From Longimicrobiales bacterium (lineage in GTDB: Bacteria; Gemmatimonadota; Gemmatimonadetes; Longimicrobiales; Gaopeijiaceae): DNA of 64,000 nucleotides. The stretch is from contig CBDFIQ010000002.1 in assembly GCA_965248195.1 (NCBI GenBank), forward strand, positions 1,568,001-1,632,000. The letters run 5' to 3'. Position numbers and translations under genes: made by a program. The notes beneath the pieces were generated by a model, which saw only the letters and a program-made list of their open reading frames with translations, was not told the origin of the DNA and did not search any database. Of this stretch, positions 30,697 to 40,217 are shown piece after piece. The stretch's first letter is position 1. The number at the start of each line of letters is the position of its first letter.

Positions 30697-32229
30697 TTAC
30701 TCGCCGAAAAGAGGAATCCAGAGCGTCCAGTAGATCAGCACCAGCGTCATCCCGGTGAACACCAGGAGGCTCATCCAGCCGAACCACCGTGCGAAGGTCG
30801 AGGGATAGAACGCCCGGTCCTGCCTAGGGATGATGACCAGGCAGTAGTAGAAATTCAGGAAGAAGATCACCGGCGCGACGAAGGCTGCCAGCGCCGAGGC
30901 CACCAGCACCAGGAAGACGGGGCGTTCCAGGCCGGCCACGATGAGCGTGGATGCCACTAGAGAGTACAACATCGTCACGCGGTAGATGTTGTACTCCGAG
31001 TACCACGTCCCACGATGGACTTCGGTGAGACCCTCGGGGTCGATCCCGCTGAGGTCGGCGGTCCCGCGGAACAGATTGCGGGAGCAGGCGCCTACGATCC
31101 GGGGCCAACCGTCGAAGTAGTTGAAGGCCGTCGAGAAGGTCGCCGCGAACGCCCCAAGCATGAACACGGCCATCCACCGCTGACCGAGGCTCTGCGTGAA
31201 GATGCCAGCGATCTGACCCATGACCGCTCGGCCCTCGACCGGGTTCGGGTAGAGCCACACCGCCGCCAGTAGAAGAAAGATGCACGCGAGCACGAAGGAG
31301 ATCACGTGCCCTTGGCGGAAGTCCCAGATCCCGATCTTGAACCACTTGTGGCAGTACTCCTGAGCGTTCGCCGGAAGCTTGGAGGTATCGACCGCAAGAT
31401 CGTCCCGGTTCGGAGCGAATGGATCGAAGCGGTTGGCGAGCCCCATGTCCTCCATACGATCGCGAATCTTGCTCATGCCCTTCTTCTTGGCCTTGCCCCA
31501 CTCCGAGGCTTGAAGTGACACGTCCATCCCGGTGGGCAACAATCCCAGGAAAGCCGCGATGATCAGCCAGGACCCGTCCGGGATCTCTACCAAGAAGAAG
31601 TGGCTCATCTCCGAGAGAGGGGCAGGCGCAGCGAAGAACACCGCCAGCGTCGAGAGCACGAGAATCGCGGCGAGGAGCTTGGCAGCGAGCTCGACCGCCC
31701 TGTAGCGTCCGCGCAGGATGATCGCCACGGAAACCACACCCAGGAACAGGCCGTACATCGTGAGCGAGATCGGTAGCCCCATCACCTCGGAGCCCACGTA
31801 GTACAGAACGGCCGCAGCGGCAATGAGGCGACCCGCTTGGCCCAGAGCGCACTGGATCAATGTCGTGATCAGCACGTACCAGAGCGGCCACTTCTTCCAC
31901 GCCGTGCTGTACGCCTCGATCATGCTCTTCCCGGTAGCGTTGGTGAACCGGAAGGCCATCTCGAAGCCGTAGTACTTGAACACATATGCGACCGGGATGC
32001 ACCACAGCAGCGCATAAGCGAAGCGGCCCCCCGCGGTCGGGGCCGTGACCAGGTGACTGGTGCCGACCCCGGTCATCATCAGAAGGACGCCGGGACCGAA
32101 GTGGCTCATCAGACCCTTGACGGTCATGTCGGGCATCTCCAGATCGGAGAACGCCTCGTCTGTCTTGGGAAGAGTCTCGGAGGAGCTGCTCAGTTCGGGG
32201 TCCATGGTCTGTGGGCTGAGGGTTTTCAT
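30697..32229 (-). CDS. NRAMP/APC-superfamily transporter
   Basis: GPGVLLMMTGVGTSHLVTAPTAG, FAATFST, multiple TM helices. Confidence 0.78.
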   Translation of the reverse strand: MKTLSPQTMDPELSSSSETLPKTDEAFSDLEMPDMTVKGLMSHFGPGVLLMMTGVGTSHLVTAPTAGGRFAYALLWCIPVAYVFKYYGFEMAFRFTNATGKSMIEAYSTAWKKWPLWYVLITTLIQCALGQAGRLIAAAAVLYYVGSEVMGLPISLTMYGLFLGVVSVAIILRGRYRAVELAAKLLAAILVLSTLAVFFAAPAPLSEMSHFFLVEIPDGSWLIIAAFLGLLPTGMDVSLQASEWGKAKKKGMSKIRDRMEDMGLANRFDPFAPNRDDLAVDTSKLPANAQEYCHKWFKIGIWDFRQGHVISFVLACIFLLLAAVWLYPNPVEGRAVMGQIAGIFTQSLGQRWMAVFMLGAFAATFSTAFNYFDGWPRIVGACSRNLFRGTADLSGIDPEGLTEVHRGTWYSEYNIYRVTMLYSLVASTLIVAGLERPVFLVLVASALAAFVAPVIFFLNFYYCLVIIPRQDRAFYPSTFARWFGWMSLLVFTGMTLVLIYWTLWIPLFGE

Positions 32230-32377
32230 GGAGGGGCCGGCTCACGTTACGCAACGTTTACAAGATCCAACAGCCCCAAGGGACTTTCCATGTCGGAGGA
32301 CCGGTGCCTAGGTTCACCGAAGGGTCGCCTGGTCGGCGGCCATTCGGTTGCACGCTTCTTTCCCTCGATGGAGCTCA

Positions 32378-34039
32378 GTGGCCCACATCAGAGACGACGA
32401 CATCGTTGCCCGGTGGAAGGAAGAGCCGGCACCCCTGCTCCCGATTCTACACGATTTTCACGACCGGGACGGCTACCTCTCCGCGGAGGCCATACGAGCG
32501 GTTGCGCAGGGTCTGCGGATCCCCATCGCCGATCTGTTCGGGACCGTGACCTTCTATCATCATTTTGCCCGCGAGCCGGGGGGACTCGGCGCGCCGAGGG
32601 TCTGCACGGGACCGATCTGCAGGATGAGGGGCGCGGACGCGCTTCTCGGTGCGCTGGACGGCGCCACGGCCATGCCTTGCTCCGGCCGCTGCGACGATCC
32701 CGTTCCGGTGCTGCGAGGCCACGACACGCTGGTGGGGCTTTCGGCGGAGAGCCTGGAGTCGAGGCCGTCCCCTCTTCCACCAGCGGCTCAGGACGGTGTC
32801 GAAGAGTGCGTGTTCGCGGACATACGGGAGCCGGGGCGTGCGGGCCTGGAGGGATACCAGAGCACTGGTGGTTACGAGGGCCTCAGGAAGGCCCTCGACA
32901 TGACGCCGGCGGAGCTGGTCGAGCTCGTCACCGATTCGGGTTTGGCCGGGCGGGGCGGGGCCGGCTTTCCCACGGGTGTGAAGTGGAAGGCGGTGGCGGA
33001 GGCGCCGGGGCACCCGAAGACCATCGTCTGCAACGCCGACGAGGGAGAGCCGGGATGCTTCAAGGACCGTTGCCTGATGGACTACGATCCACACGGCGTG
33101 GTGGAGGGTATGGTTCTGGCAGGGTACGCCTCGGGGGCCACCCGGGGCTTTATCTACCTCCGCTACGAGTATCCGGAGACAGAGCGTGTTCTCGCCCAAG
33201 CACTGAGTGATGCTCGCGACGCCGGGCTTTTGGGCCCCGGCGTTCTGGGCACCGACTTCTCCTTCGAGCTCTATGTTCGGCGCGGGGCAGGGGCGTACAT
33301 CTGCGGCGAGGAGACTTCCCTCCTGAACAGCCTGGAGGGCAAGCATCCATTTCCCCGAAACCGGCCTCCCTATCCCGTTACGCACGGTTTCGAGGATCTG
33401 CCCACAGTGGTGAACAACGTAGAGACGTTGGCCTCTGTGCCGCCCATCGTGCGGTTCGGTGCGGATTGGTATCGAGGACTGGGGCGCGGCGACCAGGCCG
33501 GCACCAAAGTGATCAGCCTCTCGGGTGATGTGACCCGGCCGGGAAACTACGAAGTCCCCCTGGGCTTTCCCCTCATGGAGCTCATCGACGGCTGGGCAGA
33601 GGGGACCGGAGAGGGCCGCACGATTCAGGCGGTCACCATGGCGGGGCTGTCGGGTGGTTTTCTCGCCGGCGAGGACCTGGACGTGACGCTGGACGAGCCG
33701 AACATCCGATCGAAGGGCTCGTTCCTGGGAGCGGGCGGTATTATGGTCTTCGACGACACCCGCGACATGATCGAGGTCTCCCATCAGGCCATGGAGTTCT
33801 TCGCCGACGAGTCGTGCGGCAAATGTTTTCCTTGTCGCATCGGAACCCAAAGGCTCATGGAGCGCCTGGCTGGGAAAGCGGGTCCCAAGGAGTTGGAGCG
33901 CTGGATCGACGAGGTCGCCGATGTGGGTAAGACCATGATGGAAACGAGTGCGTGCGGCCTGGGCATGGCCGCTCCACTGATAACGAACAGCCTGTTGAAG
34001 TATTTTCCCGATCGGGTGTCCGATCACGTGACGAGGTAG
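32378..34039 (+). CDS. NAD-dependent formate dehydrogenase flavoprotein subunit (NuoE+NuoF fusion)
   Basis: N-terminal 2Fe-2S Cys (CTGPIC...CSGRC); GLAGRGGAGFPTG, CNADEGEPG, GAYICGEE, ESCGKCFPCR, SACGLG. Confidence 0.9.
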   Translation: MAHIRDDDIVARWKEEPAPLLPILHDFHDRDGYLSAEAIRAVAQGLRIPIADLFGTVTFYHHFAREPGGLGAPRVCTGPICRMRGADALLGALDGATAMPCSGRCDDPVPVLRGHDTLVGLSAESLESRPSPLPPAAQDGVEECVFADIREPGRAGLEGYQSTGGYEGLRKALDMTPAELVELVTDSGLAGRGGAGFPTGVKWKAVAEAPGHPKTIVCNADEGEPGCFKDRCLMDYDPHGVVEGMVLAGYASGATRGFIYLRYEYPETERVLAQALSDARDAGLLGPGVLGTDFSFELYVRRGAGAYICGEETSLLNSLEGKHPFPRNRPPYPVTHGFEDLPTVVNNVETLASVPPIVRFGADWYRGLGRGDQAGTKVISLSGDVTRPGNYEVPLGFPLMELIDGWAEGTGEGRTIQAVTMAGLSGGFLAGEDLDVTLDEPNIRSKGSFLGAGGIMVFDDTRDMIEVSHQAMEFFADESCGKCFPCRIGTQRLMERLAGKAGPKELERWIDEVADVGKTMMETSACGLGMAAPLITNSLLKYFPDRVSDHVTR

Positions 34040-34043
34040 CCGA

Positions 34044-36767
34044 ATGAGCGGGACCAACGGAAAGGGCCACAACGACCTCACGCTCTTCCTCGACGGCGAG
34101 GAGGTGTCGTTCAGCCGCGGCGAGACCATCTACGAGGTCTCGGAGCGGCACGAAAGAGAGATCCCCACCCTCTGCTACGATCCCCGTCTCGACCCGTTCG
34201 GCGGCTGCCGCCTCTGCATCGTCGAGTTGGAGGGCGCTCGAAACCCGGTCGCCTCGTGTACTACGGAGGCTACCGCCGGCATGAGGGTCAAGACCAGCGG
34301 CGGCCGATTGGACATGCACCGGCGCGTGCTCCTCGAGTTGGTCGCCTCCGAGAATCGCGAGGTGGATGTGGATTCGCTCTCGGGTTACGCGTCGCAGGAG
34401 TTGGCGCAGCTGGTCGACCGATACGAAGCCCGTACGGGGCGGTTCCGCGGGCGCCAGTCGGGCACGAGTCACCCGAACGATCCCAACCCCTTCATCATGC
34501 GGGACTACGAGAACTGCATTTCTTGTTATCGCTGCGTTCGTGTGTGCGCCGAGCAGGAGGGTGACTACGCCATCACGGTGATGAACCGGGGCTTCGAGAC
34601 GCAGATAACGACCGAGTTCGACGGCCTGCTCAAGGACTCCGCGTGCACCTTCTGCGGGCAGTGTGTGCAAACCTGCCCCACCGGGGCCCTGGCCGACCTG
34701 AAGGCGCTACGGAACGTCGAGGTCGCGGGCGCCACCGAGAAGACGCGGACGGTCTGCACGTATTGCGGGGTCGGCTGCTCCATCGACGTCCTGACGAGGG
34801 GCGATGAGATTGTGGGGGTCCTGCCGGGAATGGACGGTCCCGCCAACCACGGCGCCCTGTGTGTGAAGGGCCAATATGCCTACGACTTCGTGGGGCATCG
34901 CGACCGTCTTGCCACGCCTTACGTGCGGGGCGATGACGGCCAGCTCCGGCCCGCATCGTGGGACGAGGCACTCGATCGTGCCGCTGCGGGGCTGGGCGGG
35001 GTCATCGCGGAGCACGGCCGCCACAGCTTTTTCGGGATCGCCTCGGGCCGGGCTCCGAATGAAGCCGCGTACACGATGCAGAAGTTCGTGAGGGCTGGGT
35101 TGGGTACCAACTACATCGACAACTGTAGCCGTGCTTGACACGCTCCTACTGTCGCCGGTCTGGCGGCAAGCATCGGTCGGGGCGCCATGTCGAACCCGTT
35201 GGCGGACATGGACAAGCCCGATGTGATCTTCTGCATCGGGACAAACATGACGGAGACCCACCCCGTGGCCGCCACGGGCCTGAAGAAGGCCTTGGCCAGG
35301 GGGGCGAAGATGATCGTTGCCGACCCCAGGGAGATCGAGCTCGCGAGGCTGGCCCACGTGTACCTGCCCATCCGTGTGGGCTCCGACACGGCGTTGCTCC
35401 TGGCTATGGCGCACGTCATCGTGCGGGAGGGTCTGGTGGACGAGGGCTTCATGGCCGCCCGAACCACCGAGGGCCAGGAGTTCCTGGAGCACGTGGAGCG
35501 CTTCAGCCCCGCCTGGGCCGCAGAGATCTGCGAGGTACAGGCCGAGGACATCGAGAAGGCGGCCCTCTTGTACGGCAAGGCCGAGCGTGGGGCGATCTAC
35601 TACACGCTCGGGATCACCGAGCACATCTGCGGCGTCGAGAATGTGCAAAGTCTCTGCAACCTCGTCCTCCTGACGGGGAACATCGGCCGGGAGGGAACGG
35701 GCATCAACCCCATGCGCGGGCAGAATAACATTCAGGGAGCCGGGGACATGGGCGCGCTGCCCAACAACTACCCGGGGTTCCAGCCGGTCACCGACCCGGC
35801 CCATCAGGAGAAGTTCGAGAAGGCGTGGGGGACCAAGATCGATCTCGAGAAGGGCATCACCAAGGTCACGGCCCTGGACATGTGTGGAGATCAGATCCGG
35901 GCCATGTACATCGACGGTGAGAACACGGTTGTCACCGATCCGGACCGCACGCACTGCGAGCACGCGCTCAGAAGCCTCGACTTCCTGGTGGTCACCGACC
36001 TCTTCATGACCGACACGGCCGAGCTGGCCGATGTCGTTTTCCCGGCCGCCGCCTGGGCCGAGGTGGACGGGACCCAGACGAACACCGAGAGGCGGATCCA
36101 GCGTCTGCGGGCGGCCGTACCGCCTCAGGGCGATGCCATGCCCGACTGGTGGATCACTTCCCAGCTCGCGAAGCGTATGGGATTCCAGGGCTTCGATTAC
36201 GAGGGGCCGGACGATGTTTTTAATGAGTGTTGCGAGCTGTCGCCGATCTACCAAGGGGTGAGCTGGGACACGGTCGAACACGGTGAGTACATATGGCCCA
36301 TCCCCTTCGACGGCCATCCGGGGACACCCCGACTGCACGAAGGAGAGTTCGTCAACGGCCGTGGCATCTTCACAGTCGCGGAATACCGGGATCCGGCTGA
36401 GACCATCGACGACGACTACCCGGTGTGGCTCACCACGGGCCGCAGGCTGGCGTCGTACCACACGCGCACGCAGACCGGGCGATCCGCCGGAATCGAGTAC
36501 CTCCTGTCCGAGGAGGTCCTGGAGGTCCACCCGACGGATGTGGAGGAATGGGGTCTCGAGGACGGAGGCTGCGCGATCGTCTCCAGCCGCCGGGGATCGG
36601 TCCGGGTGAAGGTCCAGGCCAACAACCGCTCGCCGAAGGGGACGGTGTTCACCACGTTCAGCTTCAGCGACGTTCCCGTAAACGTGCTCACCGGATCCGG
36701 GTACGATCCCATCACGCAGACCGCCGAGTTGAAGGTCTGCGCGGTGCGTGTGGAGCCTGCTACGTAA
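34044..36767 (+). CDS. fdhF: selenocysteine-containing formate dehydrogenase alpha subunit (907 aa, Sec365)
   Basis: ORFs 34044-35138 and 35187-36767 share a frame; the junction reads DNCSRA-UGA-HAPTVAGL...GAMSN; NuoG-like Fe-S N-terminus, CTYCGVGC, RGQNNIQG. Confidence 0.93.
35139..35168 (+). promoter_or_regulatory. bacterial SECIS element of fdh
   Basis: TGTCGCC-GGTCT-GGCGGCA hairpin at 35150-35168; loop G 19 nt after UGA; resembles the E. coli fdhF SECIS. Confidence 0.85.
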
Positions 36768-36774
36768 GGATCTT

Positions 36775-38907
36775 TTACAGCAGCCCCGCGCCGCGGGCCC
36801 ACTGGTATTTCGCGCCGAGGATCGCGACGGGTAGCTCCGTCGTGTATGGACAGGCCACGATGCCTCGCTCGTAGAGGTACTCGGAGGCCTCCTCCACTTC
36901 CACGTCACCCACCAGAGAGCACACGATGGGTTTGTCTATGCCTTTGTCTCTGGCTTCCTGAACCACGCGGGCACAGAGCTCGGCGAAGACCATGGGCGGC
37001 GTAACAATGGTATGCCAGTAGCCCAGCATGAGTGCGTGGACACGGTCGTCTTCGAGTCCGAGGCGAATGGTTTTCTCGTACGTGATCGGCGGCTCCCCGC
37101 CCGTGATATCCACCGGGTTTCCCGAAGCACCGAACGGAGGAATGAACTCCTTGAAGGCTTCGTCCAGATCCTGCGGAAATTTCATCAAGGAAAGCCCGTT
37201 ATCCACGGCGGCGTCGGACAGCAGAACGCCTGATCCGCCCGCGCCCGTGATGATCACGATGTCCTCGCCCTTCGGAGTGGGAAGGACCGGAAGGCCGTGC
37301 GCAAACTGCAGCATGTCGTTCAGGCTGTAGGCACGGATCACACCGCTGGCTCGTAGCACGTCATCGTAGATCTTGTCGTTACCCGCCAATGCCCCCGTGT
37401 GCGAAGCCGCTGCCTTCGCGCCGAGCTGCGTGCGGCCCGCCTTCAGCATGACGATGGGCTTCTTCTTGGAAACGCGCTTCGCGACCTCGGCGAAGCTCTG
37501 GCCGTCCTTGAGATCCTCCGCGTGCATCGCGATGACGTCGGTGTTGTCATCCTGCTCGAAGTAGGTGAGCAGATCATCCTCGTCGAGATCCGACTTGTTG
37601 CCCAGTCCGACGATGGCGGAGACGCCCATTTTCGTGGAACGGCTAAAACCGATGATGGACATGCCGACACCACCACTCTGTGAAGACAGCGCGGTTCTGC
37701 CCTTGACGTCATAAGGGGTACAGAAGGTGGCGCAGAGATTCGCAGGCGTGTAGTAGAACCCATAGATGTTGGGTCCCATCATGCGCACGTCATGCTTGCG
37801 TGCCACGGCAAGGAGCTCCTCCTGGAGCTCCGTCTCTCCGACCTCGGCGAAGCCCGAAGGAATCATGATTGCGCCGGCAACGCTCTTCTCACCCACCTCT
37901 TCCATCGCGCCCACGCAAAATTTCGCGGGAACCGCGAATACGGCGATGTCGACGTCACCCGGGACGTCCTTGATGCTCTTGTAGACCTTCTTACCCAGAA
38001 TCTCGTCGGCCTTCGGGTTGATCGGGTAGAGCTCCCCCTCATAACCGCCATTGATGATGTTCTTCATCACCGAGTTCCCGATCTTGCCTTCGCCATCGGA
38101 CGCGCCAATGACGGCGACCGCTTTCGGGTTCATGATGCGATTCATCGCCGAGACGATGTCTTCCTGACTTGGGCGATACAGCTCCTTCGGTGGCGTAAAG
38201 TCGACCGAAATCAGCGTATCGACCGCTGTCGCGCCATTGGCGTCCGCAAGGATCGGGTTGAGGTCGACCTCCTGGATTTCCGGAAATTCGCTGATCAGAT
38301 CGGAGACGTTGACGATGATGCTCGCCAAGGCGTCTCGATCGACGCCTTCCGAGCCCCTGACGCCGTCCAGCACCTCGGCGGCCTGGATGCTGTCCAGCAT
38401 GGACTTCGCGTCGGCACTCGTGGCGGGAGCCAAGCGGAAAGTGATGTCTTTCAGCACTTCCACCAGAATGCCGCCGAGCCCGAACGCCACGAGTTTTCCG
38501 AAGCTCGGGTCCGTGACCGCGCCGACGATCACTTCCAGACGATCGCCGGTCACTTGCTCCTGGATTTGAACGCCCACGATGTCCGCGTCGCCCTTGTACG
38601 CCTTCGCACTACTGACGATGCTCTCGTACGCGGCTGCGGCAGCTTCGGAGTCCGCCACGCCGACGCGTACGCCCCCGGCTTCCGTCTTATGCAGGATGTC
38701 GGGGGAGACGATCTTCATGACCACGGGGTAGCCGATGTCGTCGGCGATGGCAGAAGCCTCCGCGCCAGACTGAGCGAGCCCTTCACGAGGCACGGGGATT
38801 TTGTAGGCGTCGCACACCGTCCTGCATTCCGGAGCGGTCAGAGAGGTGCGCCCCTCGGATTTCACCCGGTCCAACACCGTGCGGACAGCTTCTCGCCGGC
38901 TACTCAT
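36775..38907 (-). CDS. NDP-forming acyl-CoA synthetase (acetate--CoA ligase family, ATP-grasp domain first)
   Basis: KIVSPDILHKTEAGGV, DPSFG, VAVIGAS, catalytic ASHTGALAG, NPVDITG. Confidence 0.9.
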   Translation of the reverse strand: MSSRREAVRTVLDRVKSEGRTSLTAPECRTVCDAYKIPVPREGLAQSGAEASAIADDIGYPVVMKIVSPDILHKTEAGGVRVGVADSEAAAAAYESIVSSAKAYKGDADIVGVQIQEQVTGDRLEVIVGAVTDPSFGKLVAFGLGGILVEVLKDITFRLAPATSADAKSMLDSIQAAEVLDGVRGSEGVDRDALASIIVNVSDLISEFPEIQEVDLNPILADANGATAVDTLISVDFTPPKELYRPSQEDIVSAMNRIMNPKAVAVIGASDGEGKIGNSVMKNIINGGYEGELYPINPKADEILGKKVYKSIKDVPGDVDIAVFAVPAKFCVGAMEEVGEKSVAGAIMIPSGFAEVGETELQEELLAVARKHDVRMMGPNIYGFYYTPANLCATFCTPYDVKGRTALSSQSGGVGMSIIGFSRSTKMGVSAIVGLGNKSDLDEDDLLTYFEQDDNTDVIAMHAEDLKDGQSFAEVAKRVSKKKPIVMLKAGRTQLGAKAAASHTGALAGNDKIYDDVLRASGVIRAYSLNDMLQFAHGLPVLPTPKGEDIVIITGAGGSGVLLSDAAVDNGLSLMKFPQDLDEAFKEFIPPFGASGNPVDITGGEPPITYEKTIRLGLEDDRVHALMLGYWHTIVTPPMVFAELCARVVQEARDKGIDKPIVCSLVGDVEVEEASEYLYERGIVACPYTTELPVAILGAKYQWARGAGLL

Positions 38908-38961
38908 TTCCGATCCGCTTGTTGTTCGCGGCTCGACGGCCGCTCCCGCGATCGCGACGTC

Positions 38962-40200
38962 TCATCTTGTAAAAGCGCCCGCTTCCTTCAACCCATCGAT
39001 CTCGCTGTCCTCGTAGCCCAGTACCTCAGCGAGAATCTCATCGGTATGCTCACCCAGGAGCGGTGAACGCTCGATCTTCACCGGAGAGTCGGAGAGCTTG
39101 ATGGGACACCCCAGATTGTGCCACTTCCCGCGTTCCGGGTGATCGATTTCCACATACATCTCGCGCTGCTTCACGTGCTCGTCGTTGGCCAGGTCCATGG
39201 TGCTCAGCACGGGGCCACAGGGTACGTTGATCTCGTTGAAAATCTCCATGAGCTCGCGCTTCGTGTGGTCGCTTGCGAACTCGGTCAGCACGGCCCACAT
39301 GTCGTCCTGGTTCTGGCGGCGCGCATCGATCTTTTCGAAACGTGGATCCTTGACGAGCTCTTCACCTCCGACCCGCTCCGCCAGCGCGTTCCAGACGTGC
39401 TCCTGGACCACGACGTAGAGATAGTCGTTTGCGCCTCCGGGCTTGCACTGGATCGCGTTGCCGAGCTGGCCTCCACCAGAATCGTTACCGGCTCGAGGCG
39501 TAAAGTCGTCGAACTCCTGCACGGAGTACTCGGTTAGGGGTCCACGCTGAACGCGCTGGTGATCCCGGAACTTCACGCGCGCCAGATTCATCACGCAGTC
39601 CATCATGGCGCACTCCACGTACTGGCCACGCCCCGTGCGCTCCCGCTGGATGAGAGCGGCGAGGATGCCGGCCATCAGGTGTACCCCCGTGCCCGAATCG
39701 CCAATCTGCGCTCCCGCGGCGACCGGAGGACCCTCGTTCAATCCCGTGGTGCCCATGGCACCGCCCATGGCCTGCGCGATGTTCTCGTAGGCCTTGAACT
39801 CCGCGTACGGGCCTTCGCTGCCAAAACCCTTGATGGAGGCCATGACGATTCGGGGATTGATCTCATGGACCCTGTCCCACCCGAAGCCGAGCCGATTCAG
39901 AACGCCCGGCCCGAAGTTCTCCATCAGCACGTCGCAGCTCTCCACCAGCTTCGTAAAGACCTCTTTGCCCCTGTCGTTCTTCAGGTTCACGGTGATCGAG
40001 CGCTTGTTGCAGTTCAGCATCGTGAAGTAGAGGCTGTCGGCGTCCGGGACGTCTCGCAGCTGCTTGCGCGTGGCGTCTCCCATCGGGGATTCGAGCTTGA
40101 TCACGTCCGCACCCAGGAAGGCCATCAGCTGGCTCGAGGTCGGACCCGCCTGTACGTGGGTCATGTCCAGAATGCGAACGTCAGAGAGCGCCTTATCCAT
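38962..40200 (-). CDS. frc: formyl-CoA transferase
   Basis: YFTMLNCNKRSIT, ENFGPG, catalytic QIGDSGTG, RAGNDSGGGQ loop. Confidence 0.9.
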   Translation of the reverse strand: MDKALSDVRILDMTHVQAGPTSSQLMAFLGADVIKLESPMGDATRKQLRDVPDADSLYFTMLNCNKRSITVNLKNDRGKEVFTKLVESCDVLMENFGPGVLNRLGFGWDRVHEINPRIVMASIKGFGSEGPYAEFKAYENIAQAMGGAMGTTGLNEGPPVAAGAQIGDSGTGVHLMAGILAALIQRERTGRGQYVECAMMDCVMNLARVKFRDHQRVQRGPLTEYSVQEFDDFTPRAGNDSGGGQLGNAIQCKPGGANDYLYVVVQEHVWNALAERVGGEELVKDPRFEKIDARRQNQDDMWAVLTEFASDHTKRELMEIFNEINVPCGPVLSTMDLANDEHVKQREMYVEIDHPERGKWHNLGCPIKLSDSPVKIERSPLLGEHTDEILAEVLGYEDSEIDGLKEAGAFTR

Positions 40201-40217
40201 AGTCTGTTATTCTCCGA

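Noticed and set aside
35187..36767. Separate 526-aa molybdopterin oxidoreductase gene, or a nonsense pseudogene
   Set aside because: It is the in-frame continuation of fdh after the Sec codon, with a SECIS present
32447..36908. Long antisense ORFs (560 and 733 aa), and similar shadow ORFs throughout the window
   Set aside because: They lie opposite well-supported genes, have no motifs, and are expected from high-GC codon bias
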